Shown here in pieces: positions 24,092 to 34,036 of a DNA stretch of 55,219 bases (positions within the stretch are counted from its first letter, which is position 1; each line of letters opens with the position of its first letter). The DNA comes from a virus (Duplodnaviria > Caudoviricetes), in IMG/VR virus record IMGVR_UViG_3300027607_000117, positions 1 to 55,219 of that record. One strand, written 5' to 3'. The notes under the pieces were generated by a model, which worked only from the letters and a program-made list of their open reading frames with translations, was not told the DNA's origin and searched no databases. The position numbers and the translations under genes are program-made.

Positions 24092-25303
24092 CTAAGAAGC
24101 AAGCTGTCCAAGGACGATCACATGGACAGTGGTCGGATCGACGAGTGTGCCGGAGTTGTCCTTCGTGACTAGCGTGCAAGTCCCTGCGAGCCTTGTGAGC
24201 GTGGTGATCTCAGTAATGCTGCCGCTTCTGTAGGCGATCGGGATCACCGCATAGTTGGCGTTAGCGAAGGCGTTTGTGAAGGTCAGCGTGTAGTTCCCGA
24301 CGGAATTGCGGGCGACCGAGTCAAGGTTTTGCGATCCCGATTCCAGCACACCGGTTGCGCCCGCGAAGACGCCCATTGCTTTTGGGTGAAGCGGATGATG
24401 GTGCTGATCGCCCGGTGTGACAAAGTTGCCCTTTGAGGTCGCCGCCTCCATGACCACCTTCTGGGCTGGCGCAAACATGCGCAGAGTGCGCCAATTCGCA
24501 CCGTCGGAATAAACCCTGACCGCACCGCCCACGACGCCCTTTGGATCCGCTGTGCCCAGATCGGACCAAGTCAGCTTTATGCTGGCCTCATCGTCGATCG
24601 TCTGCCCGCCCGGCGCGGCGACCGTCGTGTTAACGGCGCCCGCGCGTTGCTGGAGGTCGCAATACCAGCCGTCGCCGGCCGTCACGGCGGACAGTAGCGT
24701 GAAAGTCTTGTTGGAGCCGTCCTGTCGGATGATCTTGCCCAGATCCCCGGCCGCCACGGTGTAGTCGTCGCTCTTGACGACCGTCGGGTGCTTAGGGGTC
24801 TCGACGCTGGCCACGGCCGCAACCGCCGCCGTCTCTGCCGCTTCCGCCGCGGCTTGTGCCGCTTCCGCCGCAGTCTGGGCGGCTTCTGCCGCAGTCTGGG
24901 CGGCTTGGGCGGCGGTGACTTTCGCATCCAGATCGCTGATGCCGGCGGCGAAGGCGATCGCCGTCGTGCCTATTGTGATCGGATCATCGGTCGAGATGTT
25001 CCACCAGGAGTTCGCGTTCGCGGTTCCGTCGGTCACCCTGATCAGCGTGCCCTTCCGAACATCCAAAGCCCCGTCGAAATCCTTGGCACGCTCCCAGCCG
25101 GTCGAACGGACGACGTAAATGCCGTTCTCGCTGCCGCTTGTCTGGTCCTTAACCAAGATCCGGTCGCCGTCCGCGAGTGAGACGCCGTCAATGGTCTGCA
25201 GGCCGGACAGCGTCACATTCGCGGTCGTGGCCGCTTGGCAGGGCGCTTTCACGGCAAGACTGGAGATCGACCCGTCCAGGCGGTCGACGGCGGTTGTCGT
25301 CAT
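24092..25303 (-). CDS. Tail fibre protein
   Basis: AATTANVTLSGLQTIDGV.L..GDRILVKDQT...NGIY N-terminal module, AAQTAAE heptads, beta-rich tip. Confidence 0.8.
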   Translation of the reverse strand: MTTTAVDRLDGSISSLAVKAPCQAATTANVTLSGLQTIDGVSLADGDRILVKDQTSGSENGIYVVRSTGWERAKDFDGALDVRKGTLIRVTDGTANANSWWNISTDDPITIGTTAIAFAAGISDLDAKVTAAQAAQTAAEAAQTAAEAAQAAAEAAETAAVAAVASVETPKHPTVVKSDDYTVAAGDLGKIIRQDGSNKTFTLLSAVTAGDGWYCDLQQRAGAVNTTVAAPGGQTIDDEASIKLTWSDLGTADPKGVVGGAVRVYSDGANWRTLRMFAPAQKVVMEAATSKGNFVTPGDQHHHPLHPKAMGVFAGATGVLESGSQNLDSVARNSVGNYTLTFTNAFANANYAVIPIAYRSGSITEITTLTRLAGTCTLVTKDNSGTLVDPTTVHVIVLGQLAS

Positions 25304-25370
25304 GGGCATTGACTCCGGGCGGCTTGTGCGCGCTATGCTGGCGCACAACAACTATGGGGAGGAACGCAAA

Positions 25371-25841
25371 ATGAGATTTCTTGCCGTGCTAGTGGCGTTT
25401 GGCCTACTCGCCGGATGCGGCACGCCCTATCAGCCTCATGGATTTGGCGGTGGCTACAAAGAGCAGCAGATCACCAGCGACACTTTCTTAGTTCAGGTCC
25501 GCGGGAACGGTTATACCAGCGCGCAAACCGTGCATACCTATGCGATGCGCCGAGCGGCCGAGATCGCGCAGATCGAGGGCTACACATACTTTGCTGTCCT
25601 TGAGGAACGTCAGAGCGCCAAAGTCGGGCAGATCACAACGCCCGGCCAGTACCACGCTACGACATCATATATCGGCGGGACGGCTTACACGTCCGGCTTC
25701 TATACCCCGGGCTCCACAACGTCCTATGAGAAGCCGCGCACACAGATGACGATTAAGTTGCTGGCCAAAGCGCCTGTAGGAGAACCGGGAATATACGAAG
25801 CTGCGCAAGTGCTTCAGTACACAGCCAACGTCTTGGACTAG
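25371..25841 (+). CDS. Moron lipoprotein (possible superinfection exclusion)
   Basis: Lipobox LAGC, TPYQP....GGY.E; SD GGAGG; antisense to the late operon. Confidence 0.75.
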   Translation: MRFLAVLVAFGLLAGCGTPYQPHGFGGGYKEQQITSDTFLVQVRGNGYTSAQTVHTYAMRRAAEIAQIEGYTYFAVLEERQSAKVGQITTPGQYHATTSYIGGTAYTSGFYTPGSTTSYEKPRTQMTIKLLAKAPVGEPGIYEAAQVLQYTANVLD

Positions 25842-25879
25842 GCCGCGACGTTTGAAGGGTCCGGCCCGCGCTGTGGCGG

Positions 25880-25973
25880 GAAACCGCTGCCGGGCGGCTT
25901 CGGCTTGGGCATCTTTGCCGTGGGTCTTTATCAGCACGTTGGCGCTGCGGTCTATGTCGAGGGTCGATACCAC
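25880..25973 (-). pseudogene. Remnant of a small alphaproteobacterial protein
   Basis: DI.RSANVLIK.HG.DA..EAA resembles the N-terminus of a family I recall; the frame then degrades. Boundaries approximate. Confidence 0.35.
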
Positions 25974-25991
25974 TAGTACGGGCTTTAGGAG

Positions 25992-26267
25992 GTGAATATG
26001 AGATTCATTGTAGCGCTGATTGTACTGTCTATGCCAGCCGCCGCTGGGGCTGTAATCTTTACAGAGGCGGGGAGTTGGGAGCCCGTTTGCGTCTTTCTTG
26101 AGGACTATAAAGACGACATAACGAATTCAGTCGTGCAGGATTTAGTGCTCGCCAAGCAACAATGCATCGACGAAAAGAATGCCACAGGCGAGGTCAGATG
26201 GTGGGTTAGGCACGACCCTGAAAAGGGTATCTACTACACCCCAATGGTTGCCCGGAACCCCAGTTAA
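25992..26267 (+). CDS. Moron: small exported protein with two Cys
   Basis: Signal peptide; SD AGGAGG points to the ATG at 25998. Confidence 0.65.
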   Translation: MNMRFIVALIVLSMPAAAGAVIFTEAGSWEPVCVFLEDYKDDITNSVVQDLVLAKQQCIDEKNATGEVRWWVRHDPEKGIYYTPMVARNPS

Positions 26268-28810
26268 CGCACCCCCTCGAAGAGCCGTGACCCGCCCCCG
26301 GTTGGGATGGCCGAGCTTGGCTTGATCAGGAAAGTCTGCGCGTTCTCTTTCTCGAGACGCTTTTCAAGGCGCCGCAGATATCCTGGGCTCATGGCTTCGC
26401 GCAGTTGGTACAGAACCAGATAATCCAACGCCGCCCGCGTGTAGAAGAGATTCGCGCCCGGTGCGTTGTTGATGAAGGTGCTCAATGCTGCCGCCGAGGG
26501 GTCGTCTCCGTCGCGTACCCGGCCATAGAGATCCACAATATCCGAAAATGCACCGGCTGTCGGGCCCGCCAAGGTGTCTAGGACACTGCCGCCGAAGCGG
26601 TTGCGGACTTCCCCGAACAGGAAGTCTCCATAGATGCCGGCGCCGCCGCCTTGCGCCATGGCGGCGAACCACGTCTTGAAGGAATTCGGGTCCCGCGGGG
26701 TTCTGCCCTTGGCCAAATCTTTCGCCGCGCCCGCCAAGTAACCGAAAACCGTCGTGCCGATGATGAGGTTCACCAAGCCGCGCATTTCACCGTTACCGCT
26801 TCTCAGCGCTTGCCCGAGGCTGTCGGCGCCACGGCCGTAAAGCTCGCGGCCAACGGACTTGGTCAGGACAGCGGTCGGAAAAGACTTGAATTGCGTGACG
26901 AAGCGCATGAGCTCGCCGTTCACGGTTCCCGGCCGGGTGCCCTGTCGAAGAATCGATTGGGTACGCGCGTCTGGTTGAATGACGGCAAACTCGACGCGAT
27001 CGACGAAGTAGGACCGGAGTTGGCTCTCAATTTCCTCCTTAAGGCGCCGAACTTGCGGACCCGATCCCTTGAATCCCTTGCCTGTGAGATAGGCCTTGGC
27101 CGCCTCGTCGCCGATCTCGCGGGCTTGTTCCGGCACCATGAAGGCGGTTCCCTCTGCCCGCTTCACATCGGTTCGCCGCAACAGATCCCATTTGCCGCTA
27201 TCCAGGCCGAAGGCTTCCAAGGAACGCTTAAGGTCGTCGTCCAGACTTGCCCAAGAGGCATTCCGGCGGGCAGCGAGCCGGCTAGACATGGCGTAGCCGA
27301 CGGAGGCCCGCATCGCGTCGGTCCACCAGGTCAAGCCATTCCATTTGAAGAAGGTGCGCATCCATTTTGACATCGCCCCAGGCAGGTCGTCGTGCCCGGA
27401 GAAGCGATGCAGGACGGCGCCGCGCATCCCATCCATGGTGACGCCGATCATGCCAAGGATTTCTCGCTGTTGCCGGGTGCCGCGGCCCTTAGCAATTGCA
27501 GAAAGGGGAATCAGGTGAGACTCGAGAAAGCCGACGCCCTGGAACCGGAGTTCGCTGGCCGCGATCGGGATATCGGCGATGGCCGACAAGACTGCGCCCC
27601 CAAGTTTCGCCATGGATTGAATGGCCCGGATGATCGCGGCCCATTTGGAAAACATGACGTTGCCGGGGATGTTGACGGAGCCGTCGATCTCGTCGAAGCG
27701 GTTCTCCAGCCACGAGAGATCGTTTTGCAGATCGGCGGCCCTTTGCGGCGCGGCTCGCCGGGCATCCTTGAGCAGCGATTGAAAGAGATCGTCGAAATTC
27801 TGACGCGCGTTAGGGCCCCAGACCCGCATCAGGCCGGTGTTTTTTGCCGTGCGCTCAAGCCCGAAAAGAACGGCTTCCCGGAACGACCCGACTCCAAAGC
27901 GCTTATTGTAGGCGCTCCAGGCATTGGCATCCTTGAAATGCAGGAGCCGGTCGGCACTCATATCCCGCGCCACGTTGTTCGCGCCCTTGAAGGCATTCGG
28001 CGCGCCATCCGCGGGATTGGCGAAGTGAACGCCGGAGGCGAGTCCGTCATAGACGCTTCGGAGAAACTTCTCCGGCGTCGTGTCGCCGAGCAGATTATCG
28101 AACGTGCGCTCGTCCAACCTCTCCACAATGAAATCGCGCCACTCCTCGAAGGATACGGTGCGGATCTTGAAAGTATCGTGCGATTGCCGGGCAATGTACC
28201 CCGGCAACTTCTTGATCCAGGCACCGGACCTGTTGGCGTCGTGCCGTGCGATCTCCTGCCATTTGTGCACGGCCTCGCCGAGGGTCTGCGCGTTATTGGA
28301 AATGCCTTCGAAATTCGGCGCCTTGCGGTCGAGTTGCCAAAGGGCTCGCGCAATCTCGTCATCGAGTTCGCCCGAAACGAAGATGTTCCAGAGTCCGGAC
28401 CTCTCGACGTCAGCGATGAAGCCTTGCGCATAGTGCCCAGCAAGCTGCCTTTGCTCGGCATCCGCCGAGAAGCGCGCGCCGGTGCGCTTGCGGTTGACGC
28501 CTGTCATGAGCGCTTCCAGCCCGAGTGCCGGAGCGTCGGGAAACTGCGTTCTTACGTAGTCGAGTGCTTCCAGCTTGCGCCGCAGATTGAGGGCCGCGTT
28601 GCGCTTGGCGATGATTGCGGCCGCAACCTTCTCGTCGGCTATCTCTCCTGCGGCATTGAGAAACGATTCCTCTGCGCTTTCATTGGCGCGTTCGCGGCGC
28701 CTGCGCTGCTGGCGGCGGCGCAACTCGGTGAAAAGGTCGTCCGCCTCATCGTCCGTCAATTCCCGTCCAACTGCCCGATTGATCTCGGCCAGGCACTTAG
28801 GCGTGGGCAT
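26264..28810 (-). CDS. Internal virion (ejection) protein
   Basis: Large helical protein; QFKSFP, KGR.PRDP, QGGG.GIYGDFLF, PG.NLFY as in BPP-1/APSE-like ejection proteins. Confidence 0.8.
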   Translation of the reverse strand: MPTPKCLAEINRAVGRELTDDEADDLFTELRRRQQRRRRERANESAEESFLNAAGEIADEKVAAAIIAKRNAALNLRRKLEALDYVRTQFPDAPALGLEALMTGVNRKRTGARFSADAEQRQLAGHYAQGFIADVERSGLWNIFVSGELDDEIARALWQLDRKAPNFEGISNNAQTLGEAVHKWQEIARHDANRSGAWIKKLPGYIARQSHDTFKIRTVSFEEWRDFIVERLDERTFDNLLGDTTPEKFLRSVYDGLASGVHFANPADGAPNAFKGANNVARDMSADRLLHFKDANAWSAYNKRFGVGSFREAVLFGLERTAKNTGLMRVWGPNARQNFDDLFQSLLKDARRAAPQRAADLQNDLSWLENRFDEIDGSVNIPGNVMFSKWAAIIRAIQSMAKLGGAVLSAIADIPIAASELRFQGVGFLESHLIPLSAIAKGRGTRQQREILGMIGVTMDGMRGAVLHRFSGHDDLPGAMSKWMRTFFKWNGLTWWTDAMRASVGYAMSSRLAARRNASWASLDDDLKRSLEAFGLDSGKWDLLRRTDVKRAEGTAFMVPEQAREIGDEAAKAYLTGKGFKGSGPQVRRLKEEIESQLRSYFVDRVEFAVIQPDARTQSILRQGTRPGTVNGELMRFVTQFKSFPTAVLTKSVGRELYGRGADSLGQALRSGNGEMRGLVNLIIGTTVFGYLAGAAKDLAKGRTPRDPNSFKTWFAAMAQGGGAGIYGDFLFGEVRNRFGGSVLDTLAGPTAGAFSDIVDLYGRVRDGDDPSAAALSTFINNAPGANLFYTRAALDYLVLYQLREAMSPGYLRRLEKRLEKENAQTFLIKPSSAIPTGGGSRLFEGVR

Positions 28811-29027
28811 CGTCTTCCTTGTTTCCGAAAGCAGCCGAGAGTTTGCGGGCGAGCCAGAGCCACAGGGCCGTACTTCCAGCAAGCGCCAGGACCGTCCCGA
28901 TCATCGCAAGTTCAGCACTGACAGGAGCAATGACACCCATTATCCACATGACGCTCGGAACGGCGAGCGCGATGCACGCCAGCGAGGCAATCATCATGGC
29001 GGCAAAGCGCGCGTTATCGCCGGGCAT
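28797..29027 (-). CDS. Small two-TM membrane protein
   Basis: Two hydrophobic helices; coupled between ejection genes. Confidence 0.55.
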   Translation of the reverse strand: MPGDNARFAAMMIASLACIALAVPSVMWIMGVIAPVSAELAMIGTVLALAGSTALWLWLARKLSAAFGNKEDDAHA

Positions 29028-30685
29028 CAGGCTGTCCTCAATTCGCAGATCGCGGCGGCACGGGCGGCCTTGCCGAGATCTTCGGCGTTTCGAATGCCTT
29101 CATCGGCTTCATTGAACAAGGATATCACCTCATCGTCGCTAAGTTCAAGTTGGCGTTGGAGTTCGGAAATCTGCTCCATCTCCTCATCCAGCATGGCCTG
29201 TGCGTCTTCTGGCTTGGCGGCCGGGGTCACTTCCGCCAGCCTTTCTTCGGCCAGATCGGCGCCGCGGAAATCGGGTAGCGTGAGACTGCGCGGGTCCGCC
29301 GCTTCCTTCACCGCCTGTTCGATCAACTGGCGTGCGTTTGGGACAGCTTCGACCTTCGGGGGCGGCGCGGCAAACCGCACGGATTCCGGCGCGGCTCTGA
29401 AGGACGCCAAATCCGCTTTCGTTGCATCGCTCACGATGGCGAATTCCCGTTCGCCAGCCTTGCCGACCGGGACAACATCCAGATCCGCGGCTTGGCCGGG
29501 ACGCACGCGTTCAATGTGTTTCTTGGCAGAGCGTTCAGTCTTGAACGTCAAGACACTCCCATCGGGCTGTCGCAGGGGTTGCGCCTCAGTCCTCTCGCGC
29601 AGGATGATCTCATCACCTGCTTCTTCCAATTGCAGTTTGCGGCCATCCTTTTTGCGCTTCTCTTTCTGAACGAACTTCTCGGCCTTCTTTCGGTCCGTGA
29701 AGACAAGCGGTTCGTCCTTCCTGCCGAGAGCTGCGCGGCTGCTCGCTGGCGCAGCGCCCGCGGCCGCAGGAACGATCTCCTCCTGTCCAGGCAGCCGCAA
29801 CGGCGTGTCTTGGGGCGCGAACCGTTCGGCAAAGCCCCCCCGTGAAACGGCTGTGGATCCGAACAGATCGCCGCGCACACTGTCGTCAAGAAGCAGGACG
29901 CGCTCCGGCGTCGCGACCTTTCGGCCTTCGACGACCTCGGCAATGGCAGATCTGAGAGAGGCTTCCCGAGCGCGCTGTGACGACGCCCTCAATCTGTCAC
30001 CGATCTTGCCTGCAACCGCGTGTAAACCGCCGCCCAGAGCTGTCCCGAACGCAATGTTCAGCAGGCTGTGTGTCAGATCGTAATCAGCCTGCTCGCGTCT
30101 TGCCTGCCCGAGCACGAACGGCTCGACGGCCACGGCGCCAACCGCGCCTTCGGCGCCGCCACGGATCACGCGCGCGGTGGTCCGGCCAAACCTCTCTGTG
30201 AGCCTCGCAAATCTTGCTTCCCGCACGACAGGAATGAAAGCTGAGGCAACGTTGAGGGGGTCGGTTGCGGTGACCAGCAGCTCTATCCCGATGGATGCAG
30301 CGCCTGGCCCAAACCCGCTCGGCGCGCGTTGGAACACAGATTGCCGGGCGACCTCAAGCTCCTTGCGACGAGCCAAGAGTCCGGCCTCGCCCTCGAAGAC
30401 AGGCTCATTGAAGGTGAGTCCCAGGTGCCCGAAACGCTTGTTGGCCTCCTCGGGGTGAAGCTTGCGCGAAGGCTCCCGCGTCGGGTCCGGGAACTGGCCC
30501 TCGAAGAAGCCTTCGCCGATCTCGCCGCGCTCGCGGGCCTGCTCGCCCGCCCGGCCAACCGACGGCAGGGGGTTTCTCGTGAAGGCCTCCGAGGCCGTCG
30601 TTCCGAGGTAGTCGGCGAGCGGCGCCTCGTAGTTCTCCAGAAAGATGCCCTGAGGCCGGCTGCGGAGCGGGTCGGTGAAAATCAC
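29027..30685 (-). CDS. Internal virion protein
   Basis: DPLN.A.AFIP and Gly/Ala-rich helices; position. Confidence 0.75.
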   Translation of the reverse strand: MIFTDPLRSRPQGIFLENYEAPLADYLGTTASEAFTRNPLPSVGRAGEQARERGEIGEGFFEGQFPDPTREPSRKLHPEEANKRFGHLGLTFNEPVFEGEAGLLARRKELEVARQSVFQRAPSGFGPGAASIGIELLVTATDPLNVASAFIPVVREARFARLTERFGRTTARVIRGGAEGAVGAVAVEPFVLGQARREQADYDLTHSLLNIAFGTALGGGLHAVAGKIGDRLRASSQRAREASLRSAIAEVVEGRKVATPERVLLLDDSVRGDLFGSTAVSRGGFAERFAPQDTPLRLPGQEEIVPAAAGAAPASSRAALGRKDEPLVFTDRKKAEKFVQKEKRKKDGRKLQLEEAGDEIILRERTEAQPLRQPDGSVLTFKTERSAKKHIERVRPGQAADLDVVPVGKAGEREFAIVSDATKADLASFRAAPESVRFAAPPPKVEAVPNARQLIEQAVKEAADPRSLTLPDFRGADLAEERLAEVTPAAKPEDAQAMLDEEMEQISELQRQLELSDDEVISLFNEADEGIRNAEDLGKAARAAAICELRTA

Positions 30686-33189
30686 GCGCCGCCGCCCTCG
30701 GGGAATTCCAACTCGGCTTCAGGGATGCCCATGTCTTCGAAGAGGATCTCGATGGGCTCCGGCCGCTGCTCGATCTTGACGCTTTCGCTGCGCTCGCGGG
30801 CCGCAGCTTCCGCCGCCTCTACCGTATCAAAAAAGTTGAGCCGGCGGCCGGTCTCGGGATCGCGGAAGCCGGCGGCCTGTACGCGCTGGAACGCATCGTC
30901 CTCGGAAATTTGCTCGCCCCCAAAGACAGTGGGGAAGTTCACGAATTGATCATCGACTTCGCGCGTTGCGCTACGCTCGGAAAAACGGTTGCCCTCTTCA
31001 TCTCGAAAGATCCGTCGCCCGGCGTCCGTGAATTCAACGGTTCGCGACACATGAAACCCCTGCTCGTCGAACAGTATCAACCCTGTCTCATCGCGGTTGA
31101 TCAGCCAGTAGCCTTTATCCTGTATGGCCCGGACGTATTGTTCCTTCGCCTGTTCGCTGTTTAGGCGGCTATCGAGCGACTCTGGCGTTTCAATGTCCAG
31201 CTTAGGCAAGTCGCTGCGCAGAAAAGTCTCGGTCGAGGCACGGACCGTACCTGGGTCGAATTCGATAGGCACCCGGTAAGTGCCTTCGAAATGGTAGTGA
31301 TCGCCGATAACGTCGTTATAGGCGCGCTTTGCCGCCTCGCTGGCCGTTGCGCCCTGCTGCTTGTAGAGGAGCGCAAGGTCCATCGTAGCGTCGCGATACT
31401 GATTTTGGGTCGTCGCGCCGCCCGGGACCTGAGCCATCGTCGCATTGAATTCGATCATTTCCGTGACCAGCGCTGTTTCGACATCGCCCGCGACATCGTC
31501 GCCCACGGCCTCCTTCAGTGCTTTGGTTCCGGCGGCTTGCGCCTCGGCCAACAAACCGCGCGCTCTGACTTGTCCGGGTCGTGTCATGCCTGCCATCACC
31601 AGAATGCCGCCGGGCAGGCCAGCATCGACCAATTCGCCGTAGACCCGCGGCCATAAGGTTCCGTATTGATCGGCCAACCCCTGTACCGCTTGCGCTTGGC
31701 TTTGCCCTTCCTGTGGCGCGGTAATCTGGCCAACAATGGCGTTGGCTTGAACATTGCTCAGCATACGGCGCTCGAACACCGCCAGCCCAATCGCTTCCTG
31801 AGCCGCAAGGCTCGCAGAAATCGCTTCCGGCAACAGTGACGGATCCTGCTCGGCCGCCTCGAGCGCTTCCGCGACTTCGGGCATGGCCGATACGTAGCCC
31901 GCAGGGTCGTCGGCGCGCTGCTTGAAGAGCCGCGCGGTCTCCCGCGATACGGCCTCGAAAATCTTTTGCTGGTCCGCGAACCCAGCGCTGCCGGGCCGGG
32001 GCCGGATCTCCTCCAGTTGCGCCGCCGCGTCCTCGGGCGTCGAGAACTTCACCAGTTCGATAGTGTCGTGCGCTTGGCGCGCCCGCCCGATGCTCGTCAG
32101 ATAGGCGTCGAACTCCTCCGGCTCCAGGACGGCCGCCGCCCGGTTGCGAAGCCCTTCGATGCCGACGCCCGTCGCGGTGAGGCTCGCGATCTCGTCCTCG
32201 ATCAGCCCCTTGACGCGGTTGCGCTCGATCTTGGTGCCGCGGTCGCCCTCGTCGATCTTCCGTTGCGCGGCGGCCATCAGGCTGGCCTTGTTGCCGGGAT
32301 TGATGAAGGCATCGAATGTGCCGGCCTTGAGGTTGGCTAGCGCCCTTTGCGGATTTTCCTCGATGGCCCCTTGCACGGCCGAGAGCGCGAGACCTTGGTC
32401 TGCGGCCTCGGAGAGTTTCTCGCGCGCTGTCGCCGGAAGGCCGCTGGCGGAGATACGCCCCGCAAGCTCGCGCCTGCGCTCGCCGAACTGCAGCGGGTTG
32501 GTCAACAGCGCGTTGCGGTGGATCTCGATCTGGTCGTTCAGTTGTTCGGTGATCGCGGCGTTGCGTTGCGTCAGGTACGCCGTGCCGAACGACGCACGCT
32601 TTTCCGCGGCCTCCAGGTCCGTCAGGTAACGGCGCTCTTTGGCGTCTTCGATGGCGTCGCGGGTGGACTCCAGCAGTTCTATGCGGGTCGCGTCGTCCTC
32701 GGCTAGCGAGATAAGTTCGGTGTTTCTGGATACCAAATCTTCAAGTCCGGCGCGCCCGATGTCCTTCTCGCGCTTGAAGGCCATGTCGCCGACAGTCTCG
32801 AGCTTCGCCGCAATATCATTGTCGATTTCGAGTTGAAAGTTCTTCCGGGTGATGTTGCTCGAGAGCCCTGCGGCCAGGCGGTCGCGGACCTTGCCCATGC
32901 GCTCTTCGTAACGAGTCTGATATGTGGCGAAATCCGGGTCGCCGTCGAGGTCGCGGCGCGTCTCGATCTCCGCCTTCAGATATTGACTCTTGGCATCGGC
33001 GCTCTCGACGGTATCCCGGCGCTGCTGTATCGCCTCGCCGACGTCCGAGACGCTGCGCCCAAAATGAGAAACGGACTCTGCAACAGCCGCCTGCCCTTGC
33101 TCGGCAATGCCCCCGCGCACGCCGACGGTGCCGCGCACGGGACGCGGCACACGGCGGCCGAGATCGGCGCTCTGAGGCAGGCGCGCCAC
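30682..33189 (-). CDS. Internal virion protein
   Basis: MARLP start, 835 aa helical; position after the gp14-like gene. Confidence 0.7.
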   Translation of the reverse strand: MARLPQSADLGRRVPRPVRGTVGVRGGIAEQGQAAVAESVSHFGRSVSDVGEAIQQRRDTVESADAKSQYLKAEIETRRDLDGDPDFATYQTRYEERMGKVRDRLAAGLSSNITRKNFQLEIDNDIAAKLETVGDMAFKREKDIGRAGLEDLVSRNTELISLAEDDATRIELLESTRDAIEDAKERRYLTDLEAAEKRASFGTAYLTQRNAAITEQLNDQIEIHRNALLTNPLQFGERRRELAGRISASGLPATAREKLSEAADQGLALSAVQGAIEENPQRALANLKAGTFDAFINPGNKASLMAAAQRKIDEGDRGTKIERNRVKGLIEDEIASLTATGVGIEGLRNRAAAVLEPEEFDAYLTSIGRARQAHDTIELVKFSTPEDAAAQLEEIRPRPGSAGFADQQKIFEAVSRETARLFKQRADDPAGYVSAMPEVAEALEAAEQDPSLLPEAISASLAAQEAIGLAVFERRMLSNVQANAIVGQITAPQEGQSQAQAVQGLADQYGTLWPRVYGELVDAGLPGGILVMAGMTRPGQVRARGLLAEAQAAGTKALKEAVGDDVAGDVETALVTEMIEFNATMAQVPGGATTQNQYRDATMDLALLYKQQGATASEAAKRAYNDVIGDHYHFEGTYRVPIEFDPGTVRASTETFLRSDLPKLDIETPESLDSRLNSEQAKEQYVRAIQDKGYWLINRDETGLILFDEQGFHVSRTVEFTDAGRRIFRDEEGNRFSERSATREVDDQFVNFPTVFGGEQISEDDAFQRVQAAGFRDPETGRRLNFFDTVEAAEAAARERSESVKIEQRPEPIEILFEDMGIPEAELEFPEGGGA

Positions 33190-33683
33190 TAGCCGAACTT
33201 CTCCAGCAATGTAGACGCGTCGCTCAATACCGTGCCGACGGCACCAACGGTCGCCGCGGCCTGTTTCGATCGACCTGCCGCCCTTGCCGATGCCCCTTCA
33301 AACCGCCTGACCCTGGCGCCGGTCTCAAGCGTTCGCGCGCGTTCCTCGCCCTCGAACATGGCCGCCAGCGCGTTGAGTTCGGCTTCGCTCTCGATATCGG
33401 CGATCGTGTTAACGACGCCGGGGTCCGACGCACCGCCGCCCGAAGCTGCAGCTACGGCCAGCGCCCTAGAGGCCGCCAACCGGCCCTTCCGTTGCTCCTT
33501 TTCGCTTTCACGCTGCGAGGCCGCCCGTTCCTGACCCGCCTGCTGAAGCATCTGTTTTTCTTCGAATTTCGCGGCGGCATCTTGCGACTCGCCGGCGCGT
33601 CGCGCAGCATCACCGGATGCAAGCCCGCCACCCGCGCTCAGGACCGTTCCGGCGACGAGTGTAGCTGTCACTGGATCGGACAT
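33189..33683 (-). CDS. Internal virion protein (T7 gp14-like)
   Basis: MSDPVT, Ala/Gly-rich, AAASG motif. Confidence 0.7.
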   Translation of the reverse strand: MSDPVTATLVAGTVLSAGGGLASGDAARRAGESQDAAAKFEEKQMLQQAGQERAASQRESEKEQRKGRLAASRALAVAAASGGGASDPGVVNTIADIESEAELNALAAMFEGEERARTLETGARVRRFEGASARAAGRSKQAAATVGAVGTVLSDASTLLEKFG

Positions 33684-34036
33684 TCGTACACCTCGCCATC
33701 AACGGTCGTATCGAGATAGACAAAGCCGAGCTGCTTAAGCAGGCGGGCAGAATTGCGCTCGCGCTTGTTCGCCACTGCCTGTATCGGCCAGCCCTTACGT
33801 TTGACGTCTTGCAGGAATCGCCAGGCGGTTTTGTAGATGAACCACTTGTAGGGGCGGAGCTCGTCCCGGATTTCCGAAAACGCGAGCAGTTGCCCGCCAT
33901 CATAGGACACGCCCAGAACCCCCACCGGCTTGCCATCAAGGAACGCCATGATCGCTTTCACGCTCTGCGGGCTGGAATGCCCCCAGAAGGCTCTGAGAGC
34001 CTCGCTGGTAGCCGGTCGGATTTCAGGCTCAACCAT
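33668..34036 (-). CDS. GNAT-like tail assembly protein (T7 gp13-like)
   Basis: IRPAT...DGKPVGV.G...S.RLL.QLGF; position after tail tube B. Confidence 0.65.
   Translation of the reverse strand: MVEPEIRPATSEALRAFWGHSSPQSVKAIMAFLDGKPVGVLGVSYDGGQLLAFSEIRDELRPYKWFIYKTAWRFLQDVKRKGWPIQAVANKRERNSARLLKQLGFVYLDTTVDGEVYECPIQ

Noticed and set aside
24830-24915. 21-bp tandem repeats
   Set aside because: They encode the AAQTAAE coiled-coil heptads of the fibre.
24092-25303. Diversity-generating retroelement, expected in a BPP-1-like phage
   Set aside because: No reverse transcriptase ORF and no template/variable repeat pair seen.
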